Shown: positions 19,887 through 29,838 of the stretch, one piece after another
Layout: the number at the start of each line of letters is the position of its first letter
How positions within the stretch are numbered: position 1 is the first letter of the stretch
Origin: an uncultured Alistipes sp.
GTDB lineage: Bacteria; Bacteroidota; Bacteroidia; Bacteroidales; Rikenellaceae
Assembly (NCBI GenBank): GCA_948442615.1
Contig: CAOJSG010000004.1
Location: 7,865-71,864, forward strand
Length of the DNA stretch: 64,000 nucleotides
Direction: 5' to 3'
The notes under the pieces: generated by a model
The model's input: the letters and a program-made list of their open reading frames with translations, nothing else
What the model was told of the DNA's origin: nothing
Database searches by the model: none
Program-made: the position numbers and the translations under genes

Positions 19887-22262
19887 ATGGATTACAGACT
19901 TTCAGAGATCGCCGCCCTCGTCGGCGGCGAATTCACGGGGCGGGACAGCCGCGTGCGGTCGGTCGTGACCGACAGCCGTTCGCTCAGCTGCGAGCTGGGC
20001 GATGCGCCGCTGTTCGTGGCCATGCGGGGCGCCAACCACGACTCGCACGACTTCGTCGCCCAGATGTACGACCGCGGCGTGCGGGCCTTCCTGGTCGAGC
20101 GCGAACCGGCGGCCGGAGCGATGCCCGACTGCGGGTTCGTGCGTGCGGACAATGCCATCGACGCCCTGCAGCGTCTCGCCGCCGCCCACCGCGCCCGTTT
20201 CGCGGGGCGCGTGGCGGCCGTCACCGGGTCGAACGGCAAGACGGTCGTCAAGGAGTGGATCGCCGAGGAGCTGCCCGCAGGGGTGAAGTGCTACCGCTCG
20301 CCCAAGAGCTTCAATTCGCAGCTGGGCGTGCCGCTCTCGGTGCTGATGCTCGAGGGCGACGAGGAGCTGGCCGTCTTCGAGGCCGGGATCTCGAAACCGG
20401 GCGAGATGGAGCGGCTCGAACGGATCATCCGTCCGGACGTGGTGGTCTTCACCTCGATCGGCGACGCCCACCAGGAGAATTTCGTCGATCTGGCCCAGAA
20501 GTGCGAGGAGAAGCTGGTGCTGGCGCGCCGGGCCCGCCGGATCATCTACCACGGCTACTACGAACCGCTGGCGTCGATGATCGCCGCGCGTTTCGCCGAC
20601 CGCGATCCGGTCGATGCGGCGCGCTTCCCCGAGGTGCCGCAGGAGGCGGTCGGCAATGCCGCGTCGTGCCGCAACGCCCAGCTGGTCGAGGCGTTCTGTG
20701 CGACGATGGGCTACCCGGCGCCGCGTTTCGCCGCCGCGCCGTCGCTGGCCATGCGGCTCGAGGTGAAGGACGGCATCAACGACTCGATTCTGGTGAACGA
20801 CGCCTACAACCTCGACCTGAACTCGCTGGCCCTGGCGCTCGACTACCTGCACAGCGTAGCGCTGGGGCGCCGCAAGACGCTGGTGCTCTCCGATATTGCG
20901 CAGAGCGGGCTGGCGGACGGCGAGCTCTATGCGCGCGTGGCCGCGATGGTCGCGCGGGCCGGCATCGATACGCTCATCGGCATCGGCGAGCGGATCCGGC
21001 GGCATGCGGCGCTCTTCGCCTGCGACTGCCGGTTTTTCCGGACGACCGACGAATGCGCCGCACGGATCGAACGCGCTTCGGTGGCCGGGCGCGCAGTGCT
21101 GCTGAAGGGGGCGCGCGACTTCCGGTTCGAGAAGCTGGCCCATCGGCTCGCCCGCAAGAGCCATACGACGGTGCTGGAGGTCGATCTGGACGCCATGACC
21201 CGCAATCTCAACTATTTCCGTGCGAAACTCCGCTTCGGGACCAAGCTCGTGGCGATGGTCAAGGCCGGATCGTACGGCACGGGCGATTTCGAGGTGGCGC
21301 AGCTGCTTCAGCACCAGGGGGTCGATTACCTGGCCGTGGCCTTCGCCGACGAGGGCGTGCTGCTGCGCGAGCGGGGCATCACCATGCCCGTCGTGGTGCT
21401 CAACGCCGATGCGGACAGCTTCGAGCTGATGATCGCCCACCGGCTGGAGCCGGAGATCTACAGCTTCCATTCGCTCGAGGCCTTCTGCCGTGCGGTGGAG
21501 CATGCGGGCGAACGACGCTATCCGATCCACATCAAGCTCGATACGGGGATGCACCGCCTGGGATTCACGGAGGAGGAGATCGGACGCCTGTGCGAGGTGC
21601 TTCCGGCGTCGGAACGGGTGCAGGCGGCCAGCATCTTCTCGCACCTGAACTGCTCGGACATGCCCGGGCAGGACGACTACACCCGCGCGCAGATCGCCCG
21701 GTTCGACCGCATGAGTGCCGCCGTGGCGGCCGCGCTGCCCTATCCCGTGCTGCGCCATACGGCCAATTCGGCCGCGATCGAACGTTTCCCCGAGGCGCAG
21801 TTCGACATGTGCCGCCTGGGGCTGGGGCTCTACGGCTTCGGCTATGCGCACAACGAGGCGCTGCATCCGGTTGCGACGCTCCGGACGCGCATCGTGCAGA
21901 TCAAGCGGCTGCCTGCGGGCGATACGGTGGGCTACGGCCGCGCCGGGGTGCTGACGCGTCCGACCGTCACGGCCACCGTGCCGATCGGCTATGCCGACGG
22001 ACTGGACCGCCACCTGGGCTGCGGCCGTTGGGCGATGCGCGTGGCGGGGCGCCCGGCGCCCATCGTGGGGCGCGTCTGCATGGACAGCTGCATGATCGAC
22101 GTGACGGATATCCCGGGTGTCGCGGAGGGCGACGAAGCGGTCGTCTTCTCGGCCGCCGAGGGCAACGACCTCGAGACGATGGCCCGCGTGCTGGATACGA
22201 TTCCCTATGAAATCATGACCTCGGTCTCGGGCCGGGTCAAGCGCATCTATCTGAAGGAGTAG
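19887..22262 (+). CDS. alr: Bifunctional MurF/alanine racemase
   Basis: MurF motifs VTGSNGKT, SFNSQLGVP and NDAYN; Alr motifs MVKAGSYG, KLDTGMHRLG, PIGYADG and GRVCMD. Confidence 0.93.
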   Translation: MDYRLSEIAALVGGEFTGRDSRVRSVVTDSRSLSCELGDAPLFVAMRGANHDSHDFVAQMYDRGVRAFLVEREPAAGAMPDCGFVRADNAIDALQRLAAAHRARFAGRVAAVTGSNGKTVVKEWIAEELPAGVKCYRSPKSFNSQLGVPLSVLMLEGDEELAVFEAGISKPGEMERLERIIRPDVVVFTSIGDAHQENFVDLAQKCEEKLVLARRARRIIYHGYYEPLASMIAARFADRDPVDAARFPEVPQEAVGNAASCRNAQLVEAFCATMGYPAPRFAAAPSLAMRLEVKDGINDSILVNDAYNLDLNSLALALDYLHSVALGRRKTLVLSDIAQSGLADGELYARVAAMVARAGIDTLIGIGERIRRHAALFACDCRFFRTTDECAARIERASVAGRAVLLKGARDFRFEKLAHRLARKSHTTVLEVDLDAMTRNLNYFRAKLRFGTKLVAMVKAGSYGTGDFEVAQLLQHQGVDYLAVAFADEGVLLRERGITMPVVVLNADADSFELMIAHRLEPEIYSFHSLEAFCRAVEHAGERRYPIHIKLDTGMHRLGFTEEEIGRLCEVLPASERVQAASIFSHLNCSDMPGQDDYTRAQIARFDRMSAAVAAALPYPVLRHTANSAAIERFPEAQFDMCRLGLGLYGFGYAHNEALHPVATLRTRIVQIKRLPAGDTVGYGRAGVLTRPTVTATVPIGYADGLDRHLGCGRWAMRVAGRPAPIVGRVCMDSCMIDVTDIPGVAEGDEAVVFSAAEGNDLETMARVLDTIPYEIMTSVSGRVKRIYLKE

Positions 22263-22299
22263 GGGCCGGCTCCGGGGTGCGAAAACGAATGCCGAACTT

Positions 22300-23028
22300 A
22301 TGGATACTGCATCGAAGAGTGGTACGCTCTATCTGATTCCCTGTCCGATCGCGGACGAAACGGCACCGTGGGACGTGCTGCCCGCCGCCGACCGGGCGGT
22401 GATCGACGCGCTGGACTACTTCATCGTCGAGAACACGCGCTCGGCCCGCCGGTTTCTCTCGCGTGCGGGCGTCGCGCGGCCGATCGATACGCTGGAATTC
22501 CGCGAACTGAACGAGCACGTCACCGACGCCCGGGCGGTCGAGGAGCTGGTGCGGCCGCTGGCCGAGGGGCGCTCGGCGGGGGTGATCTCCGAGGCGGGCG
22601 TGCCGGGCGTGGCCGATCCGGGGGCGCTGGTCGTCGCGGCCTGCCACCGGCGGGGCATCCGGGTGGTGCCGCTGGTCGGACCCTCGTCGATCCTGCTGGC
22701 GCTGATGGCCTCGGGGCTGAACGGACAGTCGTTCGCCTTCAACGGCTACCTGCCCGTCAAGCCGGCCGAGCGGGTCCGGGCGATCCGCTTCTTCGAGCAC
22801 CGGGCGCGCACCGAGCGTCAGTCGCAGCTCTTCATCGAGGCGCCCTACCGCAATGCGAAGCTGGCCGAGGAGCTGCTCCGGAGCTGTGCGCCCGACACGC
22901 TGCTGACGATCGCCGTCGACGTGACGGCGCCCGGCGAGACGATCCGCACCCGCACCGTGCGTGCGTGGCGGGAAGGCGGGCTGCCCGAACTGAACAAACG
23001 TCCGGCGATTTTTATTCTCGGTATATAA
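22300..23028 (+). CDS. SAM-dependent tetrapyrrole-methylase family protein (RsmI-like)
   Basis: SEAGVPGVADPG, GPSSILLAL and FIEAPYRN. Confidence 0.85.
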   Translation: MDTASKSGTLYLIPCPIADETAPWDVLPAADRAVIDALDYFIVENTRSARRFLSRAGVARPIDTLEFRELNEHVTDARAVEELVRPLAEGRSAGVISEAGVPGVADPGALVVAACHRRGIRVVPLVGPSSILLALMASGLNGQSFAFNGYLPVKPAERVRAIRFFEHRARTERQSQLFIEAPYRNAKLAEELLRSCAPDTLLTIAVDVTAPGETIRTRTVRAWREGGLPELNKRPAIFILGI

Positions 23029-23069
23029 TTTGTGCAGATAGTAGCGGGAAACAGAGAAAATCCGACGAT

Positions 23070-23720
23070 ATGAAAAAGAAACAGGTTTATAATGAGGCCG
23101 TTGACGGCGACGAAGGGTTCGGCGCCGGCGACGGATATCCCTCGTGCGAGGGGCAGCCTTGTGCCAATATGGCAGACAAAACGGCCGAAGATGCTGACAC
23201 GATGGCAGGTGCGGGCACCCGCAACGGTGCGGCCCGCGAGCAGACCGAAGCGGCGCCCGATGCCGAGGCCGGTGCCGAGCGCCAGGATGCCGGCGCGGAG
23301 GCGGCGGTGTGGAAGGACAAGTACGTCCGGCTGCAGGCCGAGTTCGACAACTACCGCAAGCGTACGCTGCGCGAGAAGATGGATCTGGTGCAGACCGGCG
23401 GCCAGGAGGTGCTGAAGGCGATGCTGCCCGTGCGCGACGACGTGCAGCGCGCCGTGGCCGCCATGTCCGGAAGCGACGACATCGAGGCGCTGCGCAAGGG
23501 AGTGGAGCTCATCGCGCAGAAGTTCACCGAGACGCTGCGTCAGAAGAACGTGGTCGAGATCGAGGCCAAGGGTGCGGCGTTCGACGCCGACCTGCACGAG
23601 GCCGTGGCGAAGTTCGCCGCCGGCGAGGAGAACCGCGGCAAGGTGATCGACGTGATCCAGACCGGCTACATGCTGGGCGACAAGGTGTTGCGCTTCGCCA
23701 AGGTCGTCGTGGGCGAATGA
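23070..23720 (+). CDS. grpE: Nucleotide exchange factor GrpE
   Basis: RLQAEFDNYRKR, FDADLHEA and GYMLGDKVLRFAKVVV; start reassigned. Confidence 0.95.
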   Translation: MKKKQVYNEAVDGDEGFGAGDGYPSCEGQPCANMADKTAEDADTMAGAGTRNGAAREQTEAAPDAEAGAERQDAGAEAAVWKDKYVRLQAEFDNYRKRTLREKMDLVQTGGQEVLKAMLPVRDDVQRAVAAMSGSDDIEALRKGVELIAQKFTETLRQKNVVEIEAKGAAFDADLHEAVAKFAAGEENRGKVIDVIQTGYMLGDKVLRFAKVVVGE

Positions 23721-23788
23721 GTGCCCGCAGCGACGAAAAATGAAGAACCGATGATATTTGCGGCGGGCGGAGCGCCCGCAGGAGAACT

Positions 23789-24952
23789 ATGGCAGAAAAA
23801 CGAGATTATTACGAAGTGCTCGGCGTGGCGAAGAACGCCAATGCGGATGAGATAAAGAAAGCCTATCGCAAGGCGGCCATCAAGTACCATCCGGACAAGA
23901 ATCCGGGCGACAAGGAGGCCGAGGAGAAGTTCAAGGAGGCGGCCGAGGCGTACGACGTGCTGTCGAACCCCGACAAGCGCGCCCGCTACGACCAGTTCGG
24001 CCATGCGGGCATGAACGGCGCCGCGGGCGGCGGAGCAGGCGGTTTCGGCGGCTTCGGCGGCGGCTTCTCGATGGAGGACATCTTCTCGCAGTTCGGCGAC
24101 ATCTTCGGCGGCCACTTCGGCGGGGGATTCCGTTCGTCGGGCGGCGGCGGGCGGCGCGTGAACCGCGGTTCGGACATCCGCGTGCGGGTGAAGCTGACGC
24201 TGGCCGAGATCGCCGCCGGCGTGACCAAGAAACTCAAGATCACCAAGACCGTGGCGTGCGACAAGTGCGGCGGCACGGGCGCCAGGGACAGCAACTCCTA
24301 TGCGACCTGCGCGACCTGCAACGGCACGGGCTATGTCACCCGCGTGGAGAACACCTTCTTCGGCCGCATGCAGTCCCAGGGCGTCTGCCCGACGTGCGGC
24401 GGTACGGGCAAGGTCATCTCCGCACCCTGCGACAAGTGCAAGGGCGAAGGGACCCAGCGCGGCTCGGAGGTGGTCGAGATCGCCATCCCGGCCGGCGTGG
24501 GCGAGGGCATGGTCCTCACGGTGGCCGGCAAGGGCAACGCACCGCGTCACGGCGGCGTGAACGGCGACCTGCAGGTGGTGATCGAGGAGGAGGCGCACCC
24601 CGAACTGGTGCGCGACGGCAACGACCTGATCCACAATCTGAATATCCCCGTGACGACCGCTATTCTGGGCGGTACGGTCGAGGTGCCCACGGTCGACGGG
24701 CGCGCCAAGATCAAGATCGCTCCCGGAACCCATGCGGGCAAGGTGCTGCGCCTGGGCGGCAAGGGGCTGCCCGACGTGAACGGCTACGGCCGCGGCGACA
24801 TCCTGGTGGTGGTCGACCTGACCATCCCCTCGAAGCTGAACACCGAGGAGCGCCGGCTGGTCGAGGAGCTCTCGCGCCAGCCCGGTTTCCAGAAGGCCGA
24901 GTCGGTCCGCAACCAGAATATCTTCGAGCGGATGAAGAGCTTCTTCCGCTGA
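23789..24952 (+). CDS. dnaJ: Chaperone DnaJ
   Basis: HPD J-domain, G/F region and four CxxCxGxG repeats. Confidence 0.97.
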   Translation: MAEKRDYYEVLGVAKNANADEIKKAYRKAAIKYHPDKNPGDKEAEEKFKEAAEAYDVLSNPDKRARYDQFGHAGMNGAAGGGAGGFGGFGGGFSMEDIFSQFGDIFGGHFGGGFRSSGGGGRRVNRGSDIRVRVKLTLAEIAAGVTKKLKITKTVACDKCGGTGARDSNSYATCATCNGTGYVTRVENTFFGRMQSQGVCPTCGGTGKVISAPCDKCKGEGTQRGSEVVEIAIPAGVGEGMVLTVAGKGNAPRHGGVNGDLQVVIEEEAHPELVRDGNDLIHNLNIPVTTAILGGTVEVPTVDGRAKIKIAPGTHAGKVLRLGGKGLPDVNGYGRGDILVVVDLTIPSKLNTEERRLVEELSRQPGFQKAESVRNQNIFERMKSFFR

Positions 24953-25050
24953 CGCACGGCGGCGAGGGGCGGATGCCGGGCTCTTTTGCGGGCCGGGCGT
25001 TTCGCCTTCCGCGCATTTTTCCGTAACTTTACGAACAAAACGATCCGAGC

Positions 25051-25467
25051 ATGTTAGGTTTCAGCCCGTTCAAGAAACACGCGAACAAATTCAACTACAT
25101 CCCGCGTTATTACGACCCGGAGAAGGAGGCGCGCGAGGAGCGCCGGGCCGAGTTGCGGGGCGAGCGCGCCGAGGATGCCGGCCGGGAGTACCGCCCCGGG
25201 CAGCTCATCCGCACGCAGCGCGCGGCGCGTGCCGCACGGCGCGAACGCGAGGAGGGCCGGAACCGCACCCGGATCTGGAAGATGGCGGTGGGTGCCGTCG
25301 TGGTGCTGCTGTTCGTCTACCTGCTCTATCCGCGGCTGGCGAACCTGTTCATCGGGATGGGCGGCGCTCCCGCGCGGACCGAGGCGGTCGACGACGGGTT
25401 TGATCCCTATGCGCCCATCGTAATCGTCCCCAACGACTACGAGGAGGATCCCTCCGCGAACGAATAA
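25051..25467 (+). CDS. Small single-TM hypothetical protein
   Basis: FNYIPRYYDP N-terminal motif, one TM segment, co-oriented and tightly packed before mutL. Confidence 0.75.
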   Translation: MLGFSPFKKHANKFNYIPRYYDPEKEAREERRAELRGERAEDAGREYRPGQLIRTQRAARAARREREEGRNRTRIWKMAVGAVVVLLFVYLLYPRLANLFIGMGGAPARTEAVDDGFDPYAPIVIVPNDYEEDPSANE

Positions 25468-25478
25468 AACGACGGCCC

Positions 25479-27356
25479 ATGTCCGACAAGATCAAACTGC
25501 TGCCCGAAGTCGTCGCCAACCAGATCGCCGCGGGCGAGGTGGTCAACCGCCCCTCGTCGGTGGTCAAGGAGATGATGGAGAACGCGATCGATGCGGGCGC
25601 CCGCACGGTGAAGGTCAACTTCCGCGAAGGGGGGCGCGACCTGATCCAGGTGGTCGACGACGGGTGCGGCATGTCACCCATCGACGCGCGCATGGCCTTC
25701 GACCGCCACGCCACGAGCAAGATCTCGGAGGTGGACGACATCTATGCGCTCCGCACGTTCGGGTTCCGGGGCGAGGCGCTGGCCTCGATCGCCGCCGTGG
25801 CCCAGGTCGAGCTGCGCACGCGGCAGCAGGGCGACGAGATCGGCACGCAGACCGAGATCAACGGCGGGAGGTTCGCCTCGCAGACGCCCGTGATGTGTCC
25901 CGTCGGGGCGCAGTTCTTCGTGCGCAACCTCTTCTTCAACGTGCCCGCGCGGCGCAAGTTCCTCGAGAAGCCCAACGTGGCGGCCGCCAATATCCGGGCG
26001 GAGTTCCAGCGCGTGGCGCTCTGCAATCCGCAGATCGCCTTCGAGCTCTACGCCAACGACGCGCCGGTCTACACGCTGGGCGCCGCGACGCTCGCCGGGC
26101 GTATCGTCGACGTGGTGGGGCGGCACATCAAGCAGAACCTGCTGGAGGTCGAGGCCGACACCTCGATCGCGCGGCTCGAAGGGTACGTCGGCCGGCCCGC
26201 CGCAGCCAAGAAGCGCAATGCGGGCGAGCAGTTCCTCTTCGTCAACGGCCGTTATTTCAAAAGCGCCTATCTCCAGAGCGCCGTGCTGAAGGCCTACGAG
26301 AAGCTGATCCCCGAGAACTGCGCTCCGGCGTGGTTCCTCTATCTGACCGTCGATCCGGCGCGCATCGACGTGAATGTCCACCCGCAGAAGACCGAGGTGA
26401 AGTTCGCCGACGAGGAGGCCGTGTGGCAGATCGTCAACGCCGCCGTGCGCGAGACGCTGGCCAAGACGGGGGCCGTTCCGCTGATGGATTTCGACGATGC
26501 GGGGCGCGTGGAGATCCCCGTGCTGCAGCGCGGCGCGGTGTACAGCGAGCCGCGGGCGATGTCCGATGCCGGCTACAATCCGTTCCGCGAGGCCTATATC
26601 GATCCGGCCGCTCCCGATCCGAACGTGGAGTTCGCGGGGTTCGACGTCCCCTACGACGGGGCGATGCCGGCCGCCGCGGGCCGGTCGTACGACGAAGTGC
26701 CCTCGGGCGGCGGCGATGCGTTCGGCGACAGCGAGTTGGAGTTCATCCCCTCGGCCGAGCCCGAGCAGCGGCGGCTGGAGATCGAACCCGAAACGCGGTT
26801 TGCGGATGCGATGCCGCTTGCCGGCGGCTATGTCGCGGCTACGCTGGGCGGCCGGCTGACGGTGGTCGACGTGCGGCGCGCGCGCGAACGCATCCTCTAC
26901 GAGAACTACCTGCTCATGCTCGGGCACGGCTCGTCGGCGAGCCAGCAGCTGCTCTTCCCGGAGAGGCTGGTGCTTTCGGCCGAGGAGTACGCCCTGATGG
27001 AGGAGAACGCAGTGGAGTTCGCGGCGCTGGGGTTCGACGTCGAGTACCTCGGCGAGGGGGCGGTCGAGGTCCGGGGGACGCCGGCCGACATGCCTGCCGA
27101 TGCGATCGACGAACTGGTCTACGAATTGCTGCACGCTTTCGATACGCCGGTCGCCATGGCCGACGTGCGGCGCACGAAGATCGCCGCGGTCATGGCGCGC
27201 GAAGGGGCCAAGGGGGCGGTCGGCTGCCGTACGCGCGAGGAGGCGCAGGCGCTGCTCGGCCAGCTGGCCGGGAGCGGCAATTTCAGCTATACGCCCTCGG
27301 GCAAGGCGATCCTGTGCGAGATCGCGCCGGAAGATATTCGTGCGCGTCTGGGATAA
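25479..27356 (+). CDS. mutL: DNA mismatch repair protein MutL
   Basis: NQIAAGEVV, GFRGEALASI and DVNVHPQKTEV. Confidence 0.96.
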   Translation: MSDKIKLLPEVVANQIAAGEVVNRPSSVVKEMMENAIDAGARTVKVNFREGGRDLIQVVDDGCGMSPIDARMAFDRHATSKISEVDDIYALRTFGFRGEALASIAAVAQVELRTRQQGDEIGTQTEINGGRFASQTPVMCPVGAQFFVRNLFFNVPARRKFLEKPNVAAANIRAEFQRVALCNPQIAFELYANDAPVYTLGAATLAGRIVDVVGRHIKQNLLEVEADTSIARLEGYVGRPAAAKKRNAGEQFLFVNGRYFKSAYLQSAVLKAYEKLIPENCAPAWFLYLTVDPARIDVNVHPQKTEVKFADEEAVWQIVNAAVRETLAKTGAVPLMDFDDAGRVEIPVLQRGAVYSEPRAMSDAGYNPFREAYIDPAAPDPNVEFAGFDVPYDGAMPAAAGRSYDEVPSGGGDAFGDSELEFIPSAEPEQRRLEIEPETRFADAMPLAGGYVAATLGGRLTVVDVRRARERILYENYLLMLGHGSSASQQLLFPERLVLSAEEYALMEENAVEFAALGFDVEYLGEGAVEVRGTPADMPADAIDELVYELLHAFDTPVAMADVRRTKIAAVMAREGAKGAVGCRTREEAQALLGQLAGSGNFSYTPSGKAILCEIAPEDIRARLG

Positions 27357-27505
27357 TTTGCCGGGAATTCGTATCTTTGCCGTCGTCCGTTTCCGCGGCT
27401 GCGGCGCGGGCCGTGCGACGCCGGTGCCGCTGCGCGGGATCGGTTGCGAAATTAGGATGCGCTCCGCACGGGCTTGCGTGCGGGAGCCGAATAGAGCGAT
27501 AAGTT

Positions 27506-28159
27506 ATGAACCGAAATTTCCAGGCACCTCCCGTGGTGCTCAATCTGATAATCATCAACGGCCTGTTCTTCATGGCCATGGGGCTGGTGCAGCCCGCCCG
27601 CATCTGGCTCGTGGAGCATCTGGGGCTTTTCAACCCCGAGAGCCCGCTGTTCCACACGTGGCAGACGGTGACCTACATGTTCCTGCACGGCGACTTCTGG
27701 CACCTGTTCTTCAACATGTTCGCGTTGTGGATGTTCGGCCGCACGCTGGAGCATGCGCTGGGTTCGCAGCGCTTCCTGACCTACTTCATGGCGTGCGGCA
27801 TCGGCGCCGCGCTGCTGCAGATGGGGGTGGGGTGGCTCGAGTACCGCCACGTCGCGGCCGAATACGGAACGTTCGCGGCGCATGCGCTGCTCCGCATCCC
27901 GACGGTGGGCGCTTCGGGCGCGGTGTTCGGGCTGCTGCTGGCTTTCGGCGTGCTCTATCCCAATGCGGTCATTCTGCTGATGTTTCCGCCCATCCCGATG
28001 AAGGCCAAGTGGTTCGTGGTGGTGTACGGACTGATCGAACTCTTCCTCGGCGTGTCGGGCAGCCAGCCCGGCGTCGCGCATTTCGCCCACGTGGGCGGCA
28101 TGCTGTGGGGACTGCTGCTGCTGTGGTGGTGGAAACGGCGGGGCATCATCCGGTTTTAG
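27506..28159 (+). CDS. Rhomboid family intramembrane serine protease
   Basis: HLFFNM, GASG and AHFAHVGG. Confidence 0.93.
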   Translation: MNRNFQAPPVVLNLIIINGLFFMAMGLVQPARIWLVEHLGLFNPESPLFHTWQTVTYMFLHGDFWHLFFNMFALWMFGRTLEHALGSQRFLTYFMACGIGAALLQMGVGWLEYRHVAAEYGTFAAHALLRIPTVGASGAVFGLLLAFGVLYPNAVILLMFPPIPMKAKWFVVVYGLIELFLGVSGSQPGVAHFAHVGGMLWGLLLLWWWKRRGIIRF

Positions 28160-28162
28160 ATT

Positions 28163-29287
28163 ATGGCAAGCTACTACGACGATTTCGACAACGGTGCGCC
28201 GCGCCGTCCGCGCCGGAGCGTGGCGCTCTATCTCGCGGATCTGCTGATGGGGTTCGTGACGGTGCTCACCGCCGCGGCCATGATCCTCACGCTGCTGGCG
28301 CCCTACGTCAACCCCGACCGGTGGTGGGGCTTTCCCGTGCTGGGGCTGGCCGCGCCGGGCGTCTATCTGGTCACGGTCGTGCTGGCGCTCTACTGGATCG
28401 TCCGCTGGCGCTGGACGTTCGCCTGCGTCGCGCTGGTGCTCGTCGGGGCGGGGCTCTTCAAGGTCACGCTCTTCTACAAGCCCGAGTTCAAACGCTATTA
28501 CGGCGATCCGAAGCCCGAACGCGGTTCGTTCGTGCTGATGACCTACAACGTGCGGCTGTTCTACGACGACGAGGGCGAAAGCAGTGCCGGCCGGATCGCC
28601 CGGCTGATCGCCGCGCACAAACCCGACATCGTCTGCCTGCAGGAGTACCAGGCCCGGCTGGCCGAGGCGGCCCCCGAATTCCGGGCGCTGAGCGAGTCCT
28701 ACAGCCGGACGTCGGGCGGCCGCGAGCATCCGGACCCGTTCCAGTGCATCTGGAGCAAATACCCGATTCTCGGCAGCGGCACACTCGACGCCAACGCCTC
28801 GATCTGGGCCGACCTGCTGATCGGCGAAGATACCCTGCGCGTCTACTGCAACCACCTGCACTCCACGACCATCAAATCCTCCGACGACGCTTTCATCACC
28901 CGTCACGAATACCTGTCGGATACGGCTCGCGAGGTGAAGCTGCGCAGCATCGTGCAGCGCTTCCGCGCGAGCAGCGTGCGGCGGGCCGTGCAGGTGGACA
29001 GCATCGCGCGCGCGATCGGGGAGGTCGGCGGCCCGAAGATCGTCTGCGGCGACTTCAACGACACGCCGATGTCTTACGTCTACCGCACGATGGCCGACGG
29101 GCTGACCGATGCGTTCCGGGCCTGCGGCCGGGGCTACTCGCATACGTTCCGGGGGTTCTACGACGCGCTCCGCATCGACTACGTGCTCGTCTCGCCGCAG
29201 CTGGAGCCGCTGACCTACGAGGTGCCCGACGAAGCCCTCTCGGACCACCTGCCGGTGATCGTGCGTCTGAAAATGAGAAGAAACTGA
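28163..29287 (+). CDS. Membrane-anchored endonuclease/exonuclease/phosphatase family protein
   Basis: N-terminal TMs; MTYNV, CLQE, CGDFND, RIDY and SDH. Confidence 0.9.
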   Translation: MASYYDDFDNGAPRRPRRSVALYLADLLMGFVTVLTAAAMILTLLAPYVNPDRWWGFPVLGLAAPGVYLVTVVLALYWIVRWRWTFACVALVLVGAGLFKVTLFYKPEFKRYYGDPKPERGSFVLMTYNVRLFYDDEGESSAGRIARLIAAHKPDIVCLQEYQARLAEAAPEFRALSESYSRTSGGREHPDPFQCIWSKYPILGSGTLDANASIWADLLIGEDTLRVYCNHLHSTTIKSSDDAFITRHEYLSDTAREVKLRSIVQRFRASSVRRAVQVDSIARAIGEVGGPKIVCGDFNDTPMSYVYRTMADGLTDAFRACGRGYSHTFRGFYDALRIDYVLVSPQLEPLTYEVPDEALSDHLPVIVRLKMRRN

Positions 29288-29301
29288 AAAAAATACGCGT
29301 T

Positions 29302-29751
29302 ATGATCTTAGACTCACTGAAGAACGGCGCCCTGTACTATGCGCTCAATCCGCGTCTCGCGCGGGTTTTTGAATTCATTGCCACGACCGATCTCGAAGCG
29401 CTCGAACCGGGGCTGCACGCCATCGACGGCGACGATATTTTCGTCAATGTGCTGGAGACGGAACTGAAGAAGCCGGCCGACGCCAAGCTCGAGATCCACG
29501 ATGCCTATCTCGACGTGCAGGTGCTGGTCCGCGGCCGCGAGGAGCGTTTCGGCTGGAGCGAACGGGCCGATCTGCGCCGGCCGCTCGGGCCGTTCGATGC
29601 CGGGAAGGACATCCAGCTGTTCGACGACGAGCCGCAGACCTACTACACCGTGCGGCCGGGTCAGTTCACGCTGCTGATGCCGGACGACGCCCATGCCCCG
29701 ATGGTGGGCGAGGGCTCCATCCGCAAGATTATCGTGAAGGTCCGCGCGTAG
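29302..29751 (+). CDS. YhcH/YjgK/YiaL family protein
   Basis: LEIHDAYLDVQ and PDDAHAP; start reassigned to MILDSL. Confidence 0.88.
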   Translation: MILDSLKNGALYYALNPRLARVFEFIATTDLEALEPGLHAIDGDDIFVNVLETELKKPADAKLEIHDAYLDVQVLVRGREERFGWSERADLRRPLGPFDAGKDIQLFDDEPQTYYTVRPGQFTLLMPDDAHAPMVGEGSIRKIIVKVRA

Positions 29752-29767
29752 CGGCGGGCCGGATCGG

Positions 29768-29807
29768 AAAAAACGCGTGCGCCTTCCGGAAGGCGCACGC
29801 GTTTTTT
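29768..29807. terminator. Bidirectional terminator (perfect 40-bp palindrome)
   Basis: AAAAAACGCGTGCGCCTTCC|GGAAGGCGCACGCGTTTTTT between convergent genes. Confidence 0.85.
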
Positions 29808-29838
29808 TCGGCGGGAGCGGGATCGGCCGATCCCGTGC

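Noticed and set aside
19887-22262. MurF-Alr fusion as a novelty
   Set aside because: This fusion is already known in Bacteroidota
23070-24952. grpE-dnaJ without dnaK
   Set aside because: Common arrangement in Bacteroidota
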